Source: an uncultured Pseudomonadota bacterium (GTDB taxonomy: Bacteria; Pseudomonadota; Alphaproteobacteria; Rhizobiales; Xanthobacteraceae). Taken from it: a DNA stretch of 64,000 bases. How positions within the stretch are numbered: the first letter of the stretch is position 1; every line of letters starts with the position of its first letter. The position numbers were made by a program, and so were the translations under genes. The notes under the pieces are model-generated. The model was not told the origin of the DNA. It worked only from the letters and a program-made list of their open reading frames with translations, and did not search any database. The DNA lies in the NCBI GenBank assembly GCA_963822085.1, contig CAWGGL010000047.1:89891-153890 (forward strand), given 5' to 3'. Positions 1 through 13,427 of the stretch are shown here, in pieces.

Positions 1-331
1 AACGGCGAAGGCAAGCGAGAAATCGAAGAAGCAGCCGGAGTCGAAATGGCTGTTTCCGTCATTTGGCGAGACCGGCCATCTGACGCGCCAGCATTTCGCC
101 CGCGACCTGAAGGCGCTGGGTGCCGCTTGCGGCATCGGCGGCGAGCGGCTCTCCCCGCACGTCCTGCGGCACGCTTTTGCCAGCCATCTCCTGCACAACG
201 GCGCCGACCTGCGCGTGGTGCAGACCCTGCTCGGCCACGCGGATATTTCTACCACCCAGATCTACACCCACGTGCTGGAAGACCGGCTGAAATCCCTGGT
301 GCGCGACCTGCACCCCTTGGGGGAGGGGTAG
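1..331 (+). CDS. xerD: Site-specific tyrosine recombinase XerD, C-terminal part (5' truncated by window)
   Basis: Frame 2 from position 2 reads ...[41 protein letters not shown]..., with the HxLRH and LLGH..TTQIY catalytic motifs; TAG at 329-331; xerD-accA order typical of Rhizobiales. Not in the ORF track. Confidence 0.93.
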   Translation, partial: TAKASEKSKKQPESKWLFPSFGETGHLTRQHFARDLKALGAACGIGGERLSPHVLRHAFASHLLHNGADLRVVQTLLGHADISTTQIYTHVLEDRLKSLVRDLHPLGEG

Positions 332-421
332 GCGGTTCAGGCTTCGTCCCGAGGGCGCCGGCCGTCGCTTGACTCTTCTCCCACTCCGGGCCACTTCCGC
401 CCCATGCTCAGTCCCTCGAAC

Positions 422-1390
422 ATGCGCAGCTACCTCGATTTCGAAAAACCGGTGGCCGAATTGGAGGCCAAGGTCGAGGAACTGCGCGCCATGGGCGAAA
501 CCGGCGACGCGGTGGCCATTGGCGACGATATCGTCCGCCTGGAGGCCAAGGCGGCGGCGGCGCTCAAGGAGCTCTACGCCGACCTCACCCCCTGGCAGAA
601 GACTCAGGTCGCCCGCCATCCGCAACGGCCGCACTGCCTGGACTACGTGGCCGAGTTGATCACCGATTTCGTGCCGCTCGCCGGCGACCGCAAATTCGGC
701 GACGACGCGGCCATCATCGGCGGCTTCGGCCGCTTCCGCGGCGAAAGCGTCTGCCTGCTCGGCCACGAGAAGGGCTCCGACACCGAAAGCCGCCTCAAGC
801 ACAATTTCGGCATGGCCATGCCGGAGGGCTACCGCAAGTCGGTGCGGCTCATGGAGATGGCCGACCGCTTCGATATTCCGCTCATCATGCTGGTCGACAC
901 CGCCGGCGCCTATCCGGGCATCGGCGCCGAGGAGCGCGGCCAGGCCGAGGCCATCGCCCGCTCGACCGAGGCCTGCCTCAATCTCGGCGTCCCCAACGTG
1001 GCGGTGATCCTAGGCGAAGGCGGCTCCGGCGGCGCCATTGCTCTCGCCACCGCCAGCCGCGTGCTGATGCTGGAGCACGCGATCTACAGCGTGATCTCGC
1101 CGGAAGGCGCCGCCTCGATCCTGTGGCGCGACACCACCAAGGCGCAGGAAGCGGCGACCAACATGAAGATCACCGCCCAGGACATGGTGCGCTTCGGGGT
1201 GATCGACAGCGTTATCACGGAGCCGACCGGCGGCGCCCACCGCGCACCGTCCGAGGCGATTGCGGCGACCGGCGAGGCGATCGCCAACGCCTTCGCCGAG
1301 CTCGCCGGGCTCGACCGCGACACCGTGCGCCGGCAGCGGCGCGAAAAATTCCTCAACATGGGCCGCGACCTCACCCGCCCCGCCGGCTGA
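422..1390 (+). CDS. accA: Acetyl-CoA carboxylase carboxyltransferase subunit alpha
   Basis: [46 protein letters not shown] motifs; ATG 422 (ORF open from 404). Confidence 0.97.
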   Translation: MRSYLDFEKPVAELEAKVEELRAMGETGDAVAIGDDIVRLEAKAAAALKELYADLTPWQKTQVARHPQRPHCLDYVAELITDFVPLAGDRKFGDDAAIIGGFGRFRGESVCLLGHEKGSDTESRLKHNFGMAMPEGYRKSVRLMEMADRFDIPLIMLVDTAGAYPGIGAEERGQAEAIARSTEACLNLGVPNVAVILGEGGSGGAIALATASRVLMLEHAIYSVISPEGAASILWRDTTKAQEAATNMKITAQDMVRFGVIDSVITEPTGGAHRAPSEAIAATGEAIANAFAELAGLDRDTVRRQRREKFLNMGRDLTRPAG

Positions 1391-1455
1391 AAACGCACTG
1401 GGGCCGACGCATCCGGTTCGCGCGCAGGGCTCCTCGCCGCCCCCGGCCGGACCGA

Positions 1456-1482
1456 TTTACCCTCGATTCACCATAGGCTTAA
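1456..1482 (+). promoter_or_regulatory. Degenerate CtrA-like site upstream of L,D-transpeptidase
   Basis: TTTA-N7-TTCACCAT followed by TTAA at 1479-1482. Confidence 0.35.
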
Positions 1483-1587
1483 CGCAAGTGCGCAACGCCC
1501 TTATATGCCTTGCGAACGCCACATCTTATGGATAACGATTGCTGAATAGAGGGCCGCCTACGGTGAGTCCTTGGGGAGTATTAGCGT

Positions 1588-3138
1588 TTGATCTCACGGT
1601 TCGCACGGGTGCTGCTGGCACCGGCGGCTGTTGCCGCCGCGATTGCGCTTGCCGGCTGCAACGGCGACTCGCTCTCCCCCACCGGCCGCGCGCTCGCGCC
1701 CTTGTCCGACCAGATGATCGCGCTTCTCAAAGAGAAGCACATGGACAAGACGTCGCCGATCCTGCTGCGCATCTACAAGGAAGAGTCCCAGCTCGAAGTC
1801 TGGAAGGTAAATCAGGACGGCCAGTACGCGCTGCTGAAGACCTATCCCATCTGCCGCTGGTCGGGCCAATTGGGCCCGAAGAAGAAGGAAGGCGACCGCC
1901 AGGCGCCCGAGGGCTTCTACACCATCACCAGGGCGCAGATGAACCCGAACTCGAACTATTATCTCTCGTTCAACACCGGCTACCCGAACGCCTTCGACCG
2001 CGCCTGGGGGCGCACCGGCTCCGAACTGATGGTGCACGGCGACTGCTCCTCGCGCGGCTGCTACGCCATGACCGACGGTCAGATTCAGGAGATCTACGCG
2101 CTGGCGCGCGAGGCCTTCTTCGGCGGACAGCAGGCGTTCCAGCTTCAGGCTTTTCCGTTCCACATGACCGCGCTGAACATGGTCAAGCACCGCAACAATC
2201 CGAACTACGCCTTCTGGAAGCAGTTGAAGCGCGGCTACGACGATTTCGAAGCCACGCGCCAGGAGCCGACGGTGGCGGTGTGCGACAAGCATTATGTGTT
2301 CGACGCAGTGGCGCGCGAGGGCGCGACCCGCCCGCCGCATTTCTACCCGCGCGGCAAGTGCCCCGAATACCGGCTCGACCCGACGGTCGCCAGCGCGGTT
2401 CTCGATTATCGCCGGCAACAGCAGCTCAAGATGGCCCAGTACATCGCCGACGGCGTCGGCACCGTGCCGATTGCCAGGAATTCCGACGGCGGCATGAATG
2501 AGGTGTTCGCCGGCAGCGGCAAGTTGCGGCAGGGTCAGGTCGACAAGGACGGCCGCGTCTACAACACAGCCGACCTGTCCAGCTCGCCGGCCCCGGCTCC
2601 GCAGATCGCGCCCGCGCCGGCCGCGGCGCCGCAGACCGCGTCCGCGACAACGCCTGCGAAGACGGCGATGGTGCCGCTGCCGGAGCGATCGCCGATTGAC
2701 GCACCCGCGAAACCCAAGCCTTCCGGCATTGCCGGCTTGATCGACAATATCTTTGGCGGCAAGGCCGCAGTCAACGCGGCGCCGGCCGAGACCGACAACA
2801 CCCCCGGTCCCGCCCATACCGAGATGGCGGCCAAGCCGAAGCGGACCCACGAGGCGGCACGCAGGCACACCGCCCATACGACGGTCCAACTGCGCCGGAG
2901 TGTGACCGCGGGTCACAAGACGACAGAGCACGAGGCCATGGCGCACAGCGCGCCCGCAGCGACCCGCCAGCAGGCTGCAAAGAAGACCGAGAGTGCCAAG
3001 ACGCAGCCGGCCGCGAGCCCCTCGGTCAAGAACGCCTACTCCGCACCCGTGGCCACCTCCGACAACGGCACGATGAATGGCGCCCAGCCCGTGGTACAGG
3101 CCGGCTCTTTCGACGCCCGCTGGCGAGCCCTGCACTGA
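1588..3138 (+). CDS. Murein L,D-transpeptidase family lipoprotein (YafK/ErfK-like) with long Ala/Pro-rich C-terminus
   Basis: Lipobox LAGC; GPKKKEGDRQAPEGFY; LMVHGDCSSRGC (HxxxxSxGC catalytic motif). Confidence 0.9.
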   Translation: MISRFARVLLAPAAVAAAIALAGCNGDSLSPTGRALAPLSDQMIALLKEKHMDKTSPILLRIYKEESQLEVWKVNQDGQYALLKTYPICRWSGQLGPKKKEGDRQAPEGFYTITRAQMNPNSNYYLSFNTGYPNAFDRAWGRTGSELMVHGDCSSRGCYAMTDGQIQEIYALAREAFFGGQQAFQLQAFPFHMTALNMVKHRNNPNYAFWKQLKRGYDDFEATRQEPTVAVCDKHYVFDAVAREGATRPPHFYPRGKCPEYRLDPTVASAVLDYRRQQQLKMAQYIADGVGTVPIARNSDGGMNEVFAGSGKLRQGQVDKDGRVYNTADLSSSPAPAPQIAPAPAAAPQTASATTPAKTAMVPLPERSPIDAPAKPKPSGIAGLIDNIFGGKAAVNAAPAETDNTPGPAHTEMAAKPKRTHEAARRHTAHTTVQLRRSVTAGHKTTEHEAMAHSAPAATRQQAAKKTESAKTQPAASPSVKNAYSAPVATSDNGTMNGAQPVVQAGSFDARWRALH

Positions 3139-3189
3139 CGCGCTTTTCCCCTATCCGAACCCTTTATCGATTTGGGCTATGAACGGAGC

Positions 3190-3468
3190 ATGGACTGCTT
3201 CGTCTACGTGCTCGGCACCATCGCAGGCACACGCCGGCTGACCTATGTCGGCTGGACCAACGATGTCGATCGACGGCTCGCGCAGCACAACGCCGGCAAG
3301 GGCGCGCGCTTCACCCGCGGGCGCAACTGGGTGCTGCTGCATTGCGAAGCCTGCGCCGACCGCCGCACCGCCATGAGCCGAGAATGGCACTTGAAGCGCG
3401 ACCGCGCCTTTCGCAAGAAGCTGGCGGCGGGAATGCGCACGCCACGGCGCAAGCAGCGCGCGCAATGA
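3190..3468 (+). CDS. GIY-YIG nuclease family protein (UPF0213/SLX1-like)
   Basis: FVYVL...TYVGWTNDVDRRLAQHNAGKGARFTRGR...AMSREWHLK. Confidence 0.9.
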   Translation: MDCFVYVLGTIAGTRRLTYVGWTNDVDRRLAQHNAGKGARFTRGRNWVLLHCEACADRRTAMSREWHLKRDRAFRKKLAAGMRTPRRKQRAQ

Positions 3469-3571
3469 CGGCGGCGCCCCCTTTCAAGGCATGCGCCCGT
3501 AACACATCGTTAATCACCGCGAGCATGTCTTGCGCGCGCAGGGGCTTCCCTGCGGTTTGATATCGTCAGAA

Positions 3572-3586
3572 TTAAGGGTCGATTCA
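3572..3586 (+). promoter_or_regulatory. CtrA-like box upstream of tadG-like gene
   Basis: TTAA-GGGTCGA-TTCA (TTAA-N7-TTCA). Confidence 0.45.
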
Positions 3587-3630
3587 GGCAGATAGGACTA
3601 TTTGCGGTTGCAGCATTGGTGCTCACCGCA

Positions 3631-4974
3631 ATGAAGAACAGCTCCCTATTTTCGCGTTCACGTACGCTGCTCCGGATTCTCCGCGGAGATTCACGCGGCT
3701 CCATCGCGATCAGCTTCGCGTTGCTCTCGATTCCCTGCATGCTCGCCGTCGGCGCGGCGGTCGACTACAGCCAAGCCAACCGGGTGAAGGCGGCCCTCGA
3801 CTCCTATGCCGACGCAGCCGTCCTGGCCGCCGTCAATCAAAGAGCGATGCAGATGGATGTCGAGGGCGCCAAGAGCTACGCGCTGAAAACGTTCGACCAG
3901 CAGGCCAAGTCGGTCACCGACTGCAACGTCGGCAGCAGTTCGATAAAGGTCAGCGCCTCCGGCACCTCCCGTTCCGCGGAAATCGACTACACCGCCAGCG
4001 TACCGACGGCATTCATGGGCATCGTCGGCATCGATTCCATAACGATCCACGGCACCGCGACCGCCGGGTCGGCGCAGCCGACCTACATCGACTTCTACCT
4101 GCTGCTGGACAACAGCCCATCAATGGGCGTCGCGGCGACACCGTCTGACGTCGACACGATGGTCAACAACACGCCCGACCAGTGCGCATTTGCCTGTCAC
4201 GACACCAGCGCCTATCCCAACGACTACTACGGGCTGGCCAAGCGCCTGGGTGTCACGATGCGGATCGACGTCGTTCGCTCGGCAACACAGCAACTCATGG
4301 ATACGGCGACCGGCACCGAGACCGTGCCGCAGCAATATCGCATGGCGATCTACGACTTCGGCTCTTCCGCACGTCAGGCGGGACTGAAGAGGATATTCAA
4401 GCTGTCGTCGAATCTTTCCAGCGCCAAATCCGCCGCGAACAACATCGATCTCATGAGCGTGCCGTACCAGAACTACGCCGACGACACCAATACCGACTTC
4501 GGCACCGCGTTCGACAAGATCAACAGCAAGATATCAACCCCGGCTGACGGGACCAGCAGTTCGTCGCCGCAGAAGATCCTGTTCTTCGTGTCCGACGGCG
4601 TCGCGGACACGGTGTCCAACGCCTGCTCGGAGCCGACCGTGATAGGCAGCGATCCTCAAACCGGCAAGAGCTACGTCCGCTGCCAGGCGCCGCTCACCGT
4701 CTCGGATTGCACCGCCCTGAAGAACCGCGGCATCAAAATCGCCGTGCTCTATACGACCTATCTCGCCCTGCCGACGAACGGCTGGTACATGACCTATATC
4801 GACCCATTCAATCAGGGGCCGTACAGCCCCTCCGTGAACAGCCAGATCGCGAAGAACATGGAGAGCTGCGCCTCGCCCGGGTTCTATTTCGAGGTCAGTC
4901 CGACCGACGGCATCTCGGAAGCGATGACCGCGCTGTTCAACAAGGTCGTGCAGGAAGCGCGCATCACCAAATAG
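3631..4974 (+). CDS. TadG-like Flp pilus assembly/tip protein with von Willebrand A domain
   Basis: Pseudopilin-like N-terminus DSRGSIAISFALL..GAAVDY; MIDAS DxSxS (LLLDNSPSM) and FVSDG. Confidence 0.85.
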   Translation: MKNSSLFSRSRTLLRILRGDSRGSIAISFALLSIPCMLAVGAAVDYSQANRVKAALDSYADAAVLAAVNQRAMQMDVEGAKSYALKTFDQQAKSVTDCNVGSSSIKVSASGTSRSAEIDYTASVPTAFMGIVGIDSITIHGTATAGSAQPTYIDFYLLLDNSPSMGVAATPSDVDTMVNNTPDQCAFACHDTSAYPNDYYGLAKRLGVTMRIDVVRSATQQLMDTATGTETVPQQYRMAIYDFGSSARQAGLKRIFKLSSNLSSAKSAANNIDLMSVPYQNYADDTNTDFGTAFDKINSKISTPADGTSSSSPQKILFFVSDGVADTVSNACSEPTVIGSDPQTGKSYVRCQAPLTVSDCTALKNRGIKIAVLYTTYLALPTNGWYMTYIDPFNQGPYSPSVNSQIAKNMESCASPGFYFEVSPTDGISEAMTALFNKVVQEARITK

Positions 4975-5023
4975 ACAGCGGCCGCGACGGTGGCGCCGAA
5001 AGCACGACACCCGGAACACGTCT

Positions 5024-5287
5024 TCAAGATCCGGCTGAAGGTCTTCCGTCCGCCGCAATCTGGCGCGTCAAATCGACGATGGCCTGTTCCACCTCGGACA
5101 GCCGGCTGGACCGCTCCAGATAGCGCCGCGTCGACTCGCCGTCGGGGCCCCAATCGCCGGATTGGCGCTGTTCGGCCGGCACGCCCGCCATCTCGCCGAT
5201 CATCGCTTCGATCTCGGCCTCAAGCGTGTCGCGCTCGCCCTTCAACCCGGCAAGCAACGACTGAAGCTCGTCAATCTTGTTCGTCAT
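5024..5287 (-). CDS. Small hypothetical coiled-coil protein
   Basis: 87-aa ORF with helical heptad character, downstream of secA on the same strand. Confidence 0.6.
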   Translation of the reverse strand: MTNKIDELQSLLAGLKGERDTLEAEIEAMIGEMAGVPAEQRQSGDWGPDGESTRRYLERSSRLSEVEQAIVDLTRQIAADGRPSAGS

Positions 5288-5354
5288 AACTAAATCCTAA
5301 TGCAAAACGCCGCGCATGAGCGCGGCGCTTCAACGCGTCGGGTCGAGCCGCAGC

Positions 5355-8162
<2,808 letters not shown>

Positions 8163-8532
8163 CGGGAGCTCCTCATTCAAGTCCGGGCGCTTTGTACCAC
8201 GCCGCAGCGGCCGGATTTAAGCTTCCGGCGCTCCGGAATGCGGCTCTTTTCGGGCAAAATCGACGCGAAACGCACGAAGGCAAAGCGCGGCCGGTCAAGG
8301 TTGACGGAGAGATAGGAGGGGGTCGGATTATTGTCAATCGGCGCCTTGCCACGGACTTAACGGGGACCACGCCACTTTTTGGCCGCGGCTGTCCCGCGGC
8401 TCACGCGAACGACAGGGCATGGGCGGGCGATCGGCCATTGCAATGCCACGGTTGTTGGGTGACAAGGGCGACCAGTGTCCGGAACGAATTAGCATCCGGG
8501 CGAAACGGACACCCAATCCCAAGGACAGCGCT

Positions 8533-9486
8533 ATGACGATTTCGCTTTTCGCCGGCTCGCCGGCCCCGCGGCGCCGGGCCGGGCTCCTCGCCGCCTCCCT
8601 GGCGCTGCTGATGGCGGCCGCCGGCCCGCTGCACGCGCAGGACACCAAAGCTCCCGCCAAGGACCCAGTCATCGCCAAGGTCAACGGCACCGAAATCCAC
8701 CAGAGCGACATCGACATCGCCGAGCAGGAGGCGGGCAAGCTGCCGCCCATGTCGGCGACCGCCAAGAAGGACTACCTGGTCCAGTTCATGTCCGACGTGA
8801 TCCTGGGGGCGCAGGCCGCCGAGGCCAAGAAGATCGACCAGACCGAGGACTTCAAGCGCAAACTGGCCTTCGATCGTCAGAAGCTGCTGATGGCGGACCT
8901 TATGGCAAACGTCGCCAAGGACGCGGTGACCGACGAGGCCCTGCACAAGACCTATGACGATGCCGTCAAGTCGATGGGCAAAGAGGAAGAGGTGCACGCC
9001 CGCCACATCCTGATCCGCGCCAAGCCCGGCGACAAGAAGGCGAGCGAAGCGGCCAAGAAGAAGATCGAGGACATCATCGCCAAATTGAAGAACGGCGCCG
9101 ACTTCGCCAAGCTCGCCAAGGAAGACACCGAGGATCCCTCCGGCAAGGCCAATGGCGGCGACCTCGGCTATTTCACCAAGAAGCAGATGGTACCGGAATT
9201 CGCCAAGGTGGCGTTCTCGCTGAAGAAGGGCGAGATCTCCGGGCCGGTGCACACCCAGTTCGGCTGGCACGTGATCAAGGTCGAGGACAAGCGCACCAAG
9301 CCGCCGCCGAAGTTCGAGGACGTCAAGGACCAGCTCGTCAACTACCTGCAGCGCAAAGCGCAGGCTGAGATGATCCAGAAGCTGCGCGCCTCGGCCAAGA
9401 TCGAAAAGTTTTATAAGACCGCGGACGAGACCAAGCCGGACGCCGCCAAGCCGGACGACAAGAAGGCCGAGCCGGCGAAGAAATAA
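8533..9486 (+). CDS. Periplasmic parvulin-type peptidyl-prolyl cis-trans isomerase (PpiC/PrsA-like)
   Basis: Signal peptide; [31 protein letters not shown]. Confidence 0.92.
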   Translation: MTISLFAGSPAPRRRAGLLAASLALLMAAAGPLHAQDTKAPAKDPVIAKVNGTEIHQSDIDIAEQEAGKLPPMSATAKKDYLVQFMSDVILGAQAAEAKKIDQTEDFKRKLAFDRQKLLMADLMANVAKDAVTDEALHKTYDDAVKSMGKEEEVHARHILIRAKPGDKKASEAAKKKIEDIIAKLKNGADFAKLAKEDTEDPSGKANGGDLGYFTKKQMVPEFAKVAFSLKKGEISGPVHTQFGWHVIKVEDKRTKPPPKFEDVKDQLVNYLQRKAQAEMIQKLRASAKIEKFYKTADETKPDAAKPDDKKAEPAKK

Positions 9487-9509
9487 GGGCGATCTATCTA
9501 TTCAAGAAA

Positions 9510-9600
9510 GTCGTGATGCCCGGCCTTGTGCCGGGCATTTCGCTTATGTAGGGACTTGGCTCTCCGCCCATGAGGATCGCCGGGACAAGCCGGCGATGAC
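9510..9600. repeat. REP-like paired palindrome (family A)
   Basis: ATGCCCGG-CCTTGTG-CCGGGCAT ... ATCGCCGG-GACAAG-CCGGCGATGAC; related copies at 16684, 23044, 59401. Confidence 0.8.
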
Positions 9601-9607
9601 AAAGCCC

Positions 9608-10843
9608 ATGTCCACTGCAGTCTCCCCCCTCGCCCCCCAAAACGTTCCCAACGTGCCCGCCATCGCCGGCGTGAAGCTCGCCACCGCCGAAGCCGGCATC
9701 CGCTATGCCGGGCGCACCGACGTGCTGCTGGCGCTGTTCGATCCCGGCACTACGGTCGCCGGCGTCTTCACCAAATCGAAATGCCCCTCGGCGCCGGTCG
9801 AGTGGTGCCGGGCACACCTCAAGGGCGGAAAGGCCCGCGCGCTGGTGGTCAATTCCGGCAACGCCAACGCCTTCACCGGTCGAACCGGCCGCATCGCCAC
9901 CAAGCTCACCGCCGACATCGCCGCCAAGGCTGCGGACATCAAGCCAGCCGAGATCTTCCTTGCGTCCACGGGCGTCATCGGCGAGCCACTCGACGCCAGC
10001 AAGTTCACCGGCGTGATGGATTCGCTGGTGGAACGCGCCGCGACGGGTGGCTTCCTCGACGCCGCCAAGGCGATCATGACCACCGACACCTTCCCGAAGG
10101 TCGCGACCGCCACGGCGAAAATCGGCAAGACAACTGTGACCGTCAACGGTATCGCCAAGGGCGCCGGCATGATCGCGCCCGACATGGCGACCATGCTGTC
10201 GTTCGTCTTCACCGACGCGGCGCTGTCCGCCGCCGCGTTGCAGGCGCTCTTGAAGGAAGGCGTCGCCAATACCTTCAACGCGGTGACCATCGACGGCGAC
10301 ACCTCCACCTCCGACACGCTGATGATGTTCGCCACCGGCCAGGCCAAGGATTGCCCGCGCATCGCTCGCGCCGGCGACCCGCGCCTGCGCGCCTTCAAGA
10401 AGGCGCTGCACGCGGTGCTGGCAAACCTCTCAGAACAAGTGGCGCGCGATGGTGAAGGCGCCCGCAAGCTGGTGGAGATCGTGGTCGAGGGCGCGGTGTC
10501 GGACAAGTCCGCACGCCGCATTGCCATGTCGATCGCCAACTCGCCCCTGGTGAAAACCGCGATCGCCGGCGAAGACGCCAACTGGGGCCGCGTCGTGATG
10601 GCGGTCGGCAAAGCCGGCGAACCGGCCGACCGCGACAAGCTCTCGATCTGGTTCGGCGGCATCCGCGTGGCGCACAAGGGCGCGCGCGATCCCGCCTATG
10701 ACGAGGCCGAAGCCAGCGAAGCAATGAAGAAGCCGGAAATCAGCCTGAAAGTCGCGCTTGGCCTCGGCAAGGGCCGCGACCGGGTGCTCACCTGCGACCT
10801 GACCAAGGAATATATCGCCATCAACGGCGACTACCGCTCTTAA
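9608..10843 (+). CDS. argJ: Bifunctional glutamate N-acetyltransferase/amino-acid acetyltransferase ArgJ
   Basis: [53 protein letters not shown]. Confidence 0.97.
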   Translation: MSTAVSPLAPQNVPNVPAIAGVKLATAEAGIRYAGRTDVLLALFDPGTTVAGVFTKSKCPSAPVEWCRAHLKGGKARALVVNSGNANAFTGRTGRIATKLTADIAAKAADIKPAEIFLASTGVIGEPLDASKFTGVMDSLVERAATGGFLDAAKAIMTTDTFPKVATATAKIGKTTVTVNGIAKGAGMIAPDMATMLSFVFTDAALSAAALQALLKEGVANTFNAVTIDGDTSTSDTLMMFATGQAKDCPRIARAGDPRLRAFKKALHAVLANLSEQVARDGEGARKLVEIVVEGAVSDKSARRIAMSIANSPLVKTAIAGEDANWGRVVMAVGKAGEPADRDKLSIWFGGIRVAHKGARDPAYDEAEASEAMKKPEISLKVALGLGKGRDRVLTCDLTKEYIAINGDYRS

Positions 10844-10905
10844 CCGCCCGTTCACCAAGGCCCTATTCCAGTCCACCCTCGGGAATTGGGTGAATAGCCT
10901 CTTAA
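10840..10905. promoter_or_regulatory. Pair of inverted CtrA-like boxes upstream of mutT-flp
   Basis: TTAA-CCGCCCG-TTCA (10840-10854) and TGAA-TAGCCTC-TTAA (10891-10905). Confidence 0.5.
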
Positions 10906-10937
10906 CTAACCCCTGCCATCGTCGAGGAAGAAGGCCT

Positions 10938-11345
10938 GTGAGCGCAAACATCGTCCTTGTCGCCGCCTGCGCCCTCGTCGATGCCGACAACCGCGTGCTG
11001 CTCGCACAGCGGCCGGAAGGCAAGCCGATGGCGGGTTTGTGGGAATTTCCCGGCGGCAAGATCGAAGCGGGCGAACGACCGGAACAGAGTCTGATCCGGG
11101 AATTGAAGGAGGAACTGGGCATCACCGTCAACGAGGCCTGTCTCGCGCCGCTGACGTTCGCGAGCCACGCCTATGCGGATTTCCACCTTCTCATGCCGCT
11201 CTATATCTGCCGCAAATGGGAAGGAAGGGTCGCCGCGACGGAAGGACAACGACTCGTCTGGGTGAGGCCGAACAAGCTGCGCGACTACGACATGCCGCCG
11301 GCCGACGTTCCGCTCATTCCGCACCTGCAGGCGCTGCTGATGTGA
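10938..11345 (+). CDS. mutT: 8-oxo-dGTP diphosphatase (Nudix hydrolase)
   Basis: WEFPGGKIEAGERPEQSLIRELKEELGI Nudix box; GTG start 10938; argJ-mutT order. Confidence 0.93.
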   Translation: MSANIVLVAACALVDADNRVLLAQRPEGKPMAGLWEFPGGKIEAGERPEQSLIRELKEELGITVNEACLAPLTFASHAYADFHLLMPLYICRKWEGRVAATEGQRLVWVRPNKLRDYDMPPADVPLIPHLQALLM

Positions 11346-11359
11346 TCCCAGAAGGGACA

Positions 11360-11563
11360 ATGGAACGCGAGCAGAACATGTCGATGCGCCGTCTCATCAG
11401 CCTTGCCCTGGTCCGCCGTTTCTTGCGCGCACAGGATGGCACTACCGCCATCGAATACGCCATCATCGCGTCCGGCATCAGCATCGCAATCGCCGCGGCG
11501 GTCACCACGATCGGCTCGAAGTTAAGCACGGACTATTACGGCAAGCTGCTCGGGCTGCTCTAA
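11360..11563 (+). CDS. Flp/Fap family type IVb pilin
   Basis: FLRAQDG|TTAIEYAIIA prepilin cleavage site and AIEY motif followed by a hydrophobic helix; start could be 11360, 11378 or 11384. Confidence 0.85.
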   Translation: MEREQNMSMRRLISLALVRRFLRAQDGTTAIEYAIIASGISIAIAAAVTTIGSKLSTDYYGKLLGLL

Positions 11564-11571
11564 GCCGGCCC

Positions 11572-12465
11572 TCAACGCCCCGATTTTTCACCGCTCGAGA
11601 TTTCCTGCGTCCCAAGCGCATCGGCCAGCCGGTGCGCCGCCGAACCGGGCTTGAGCGGCTTCTGCTGGCTCTCGTGCGGCGCCCAGCCCGACAGCCAGAC
11701 GATCTCGAACGTCGCGCGCAAGCGGCCGTCGGCGTCGGCAAACCGTTCAGCGTAAATTTCAGCCAGGCGCCGGAGCGTCGCGCGCCGGAGCGGCACGCGT
11801 CGCCGTTCGTTGAGCACGTTGGTGGCGCCCATGCGGCGCAGGTCGTGCATCAGCGCCAGCACCGAGTCATAGCGTACGGTCAGCCGGTCACTGTCGACCA
11901 CCGGCAGCGCGAAACCGGCGCGCTGCAACAGCCCGCCCAGTTCGCGGACGTCGGCGAAGGGTGCAACATGCGGCGACAGGCCATCTTCCACTTCACTCTC
12001 GGCGGCGGCGAAAGCTTCGCGCAGTTCGCTCAAGGAATCGCCGCCGACGAGCGCGGCAAGGAACAGGCCGTCGGGCTTGAGCGCGCGCCGCGCCTGGACC
12101 AGCGTGCCCGGCAGGTCATTGACGAATTGCAGCGCCAGCGCCGAGACGATGAGATCGAGCGAACCGTCGGCGAACGGTAGCGCTTCCTCGTCGGCGACGA
12201 CGCACGGAAAAGCGCCGTCGCCTGCGGCAGCCGGCGTCGCGGCAACAACCGTCGCGACCTTGCCGCTTTTGACAAGCGCGCGCCGCACCGCGTCGCTCGG
12301 CGTACCGAGGTCGACGGCGCGGTCGAATTCACGCACCACCGCGGAAAGCCGCTCGCCGAGCTCTTCGGCCACCCGGTCAATGAGGAAAGTCTCGGGCCCA
12401 AGTGCCTGCGCGCGCTGCCGGCGGCGGCGCAGGAGTTGGCGGTCGAAGATGGCGGGACCGGACAT
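11572..12465 (-). CDS. SAM-dependent methyltransferase (BioC/NDUFAF5-like)
   Basis: IFDR..., DLG, DEEALPF..SLDLIVS, LQRAGFALPVVD, ATFEIVWLSGWAP; divergent from comF. Confidence 0.88.
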   Translation of the reverse strand: MSGPAIFDRQLLRRRRQRAQALGPETFLIDRVAEELGERLSAVVREFDRAVDLGTPSDAVRRALVKSGKVATVVAATPAAAGDGAFPCVVADEEALPFADGSLDLIVSALALQFVNDLPGTLVQARRALKPDGLFLAALVGGDSLSELREAFAAAESEVEDGLSPHVAPFADVRELGGLLQRAGFALPVVDSDRLTVRYDSVLALMHDLRRMGATNVLNERRRVPLRRATLRRLAEIYAERFADADGRLRATFEIVWLSGWAPHESQQKPLKPGSAAHRLADALGTQEISSGEKSGR

Positions 12466-12586
12466 GATCTTCCTTGGCGCCCCTCACGGGCTGGAGGCGA
12501 ACGAGGGTCTTCTAGACCAATCTAAGTCCGAATTCCCCCTCTCCTAGCCTCCCCTGCCAGCGAGCAAGAGAGTAGGCTTACAACCC

Positions 12587-13391
12587 ATGACGATGCCTTC
12601 GACCGGTCGCATACGCGAGACCGCACTCGGCCTGAAGCGCTTCGCGGCGCCCGTCCGCACCCTGCTCGGGCTGGCGCTCGACGCGGCGCTGCCGCCGCTG
12701 TGCCCGTCCTGCCGCGAGCCGGTGGGGGCCGGCGAAGGCCTGTGCGCCGGCTGCTGGTCGAAGCTGTCCTTCATCGAGCCGCCGTTCTGCGCCCGGCTCG
12801 GCATTCCCTTTCACCTACGATCCGGGCCCCGGCCTGCTCTCCATGGAGGCGATCGCGAGCCCACCGGCCTACGACCGGGCGCGCGCCGCGGTGCGCTACG
12901 ACGAGATCGCCCGCGCCCTGGTCCACGGCTTCAAATACGGCGACCGGCTCGACCTCGCCCCCATGATGGGCCGCTGGATGGCGCGTGCGGGCCACGAATT
13001 GCTCGATGGCGCCGACGGCCTGGTGCCGGTGCCGCTGCACTGGCGGCGCTTATGGGCGCGCCGCTTCAACCAGTCGGCGGCGCTGGCCGGCGCCATTTCC
13101 GGGCTCTCAACTGTTCGGGTGCTGCACGGGGCGCTCAACCGCACGCGCGCCACCGCGCAACAGGTGGGCCTTTCCAGGGACCAGCGCGCTAACAACGTCC
13201 AGGGCGCGTTCAAGGTGCTGCCGACCCGGAAAGCTGACGTTAAGGGCCGCCGGCTCATCCTGATCGACGATGTGCTGACCTCGGGCGCAACCGTCGATAC
13301 CTGCGCCAAAGCCCTGCTGCGGGCGGGGGCCGCCCATGTCGACGTGCTGGTTTTCGCCCGGGTTGTTGCGCCAATCCGCACGCCCATATAA
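12587..13391 (+). pseudogene. comF: ComF family protein (Zn-ribbon + phosphoribosyltransferase domain), frameshifted near 12809-12811
   Basis: N-terminal CPSC..CAGC..CARLGIPF in one frame; C-terminal VPVPLH..RRFNQS..LILIDDVLTSGAT in another; removing one T from CCCTTTCACC restores GIPFTYDPGPGLLSMEAI. Confidence 0.85.
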
Positions 13392-13427
13392 CGAAATAGC
13401 GAAACCTGAACCGGATTGGCCTCAAAA

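Noticed and set aside
1-331. Tyrosine recombinase as a prophage or island integrase
   Set aside because: Sequence and the adjacent accA fit chromosomal XerD; there are no att sites or phage genes.
3190-3468. GIY-YIG gene as a REP-associated mobile nuclease
   Set aside because: There are no flanking palindromic repeats; it looks like the stand-alone UPF0213 type.
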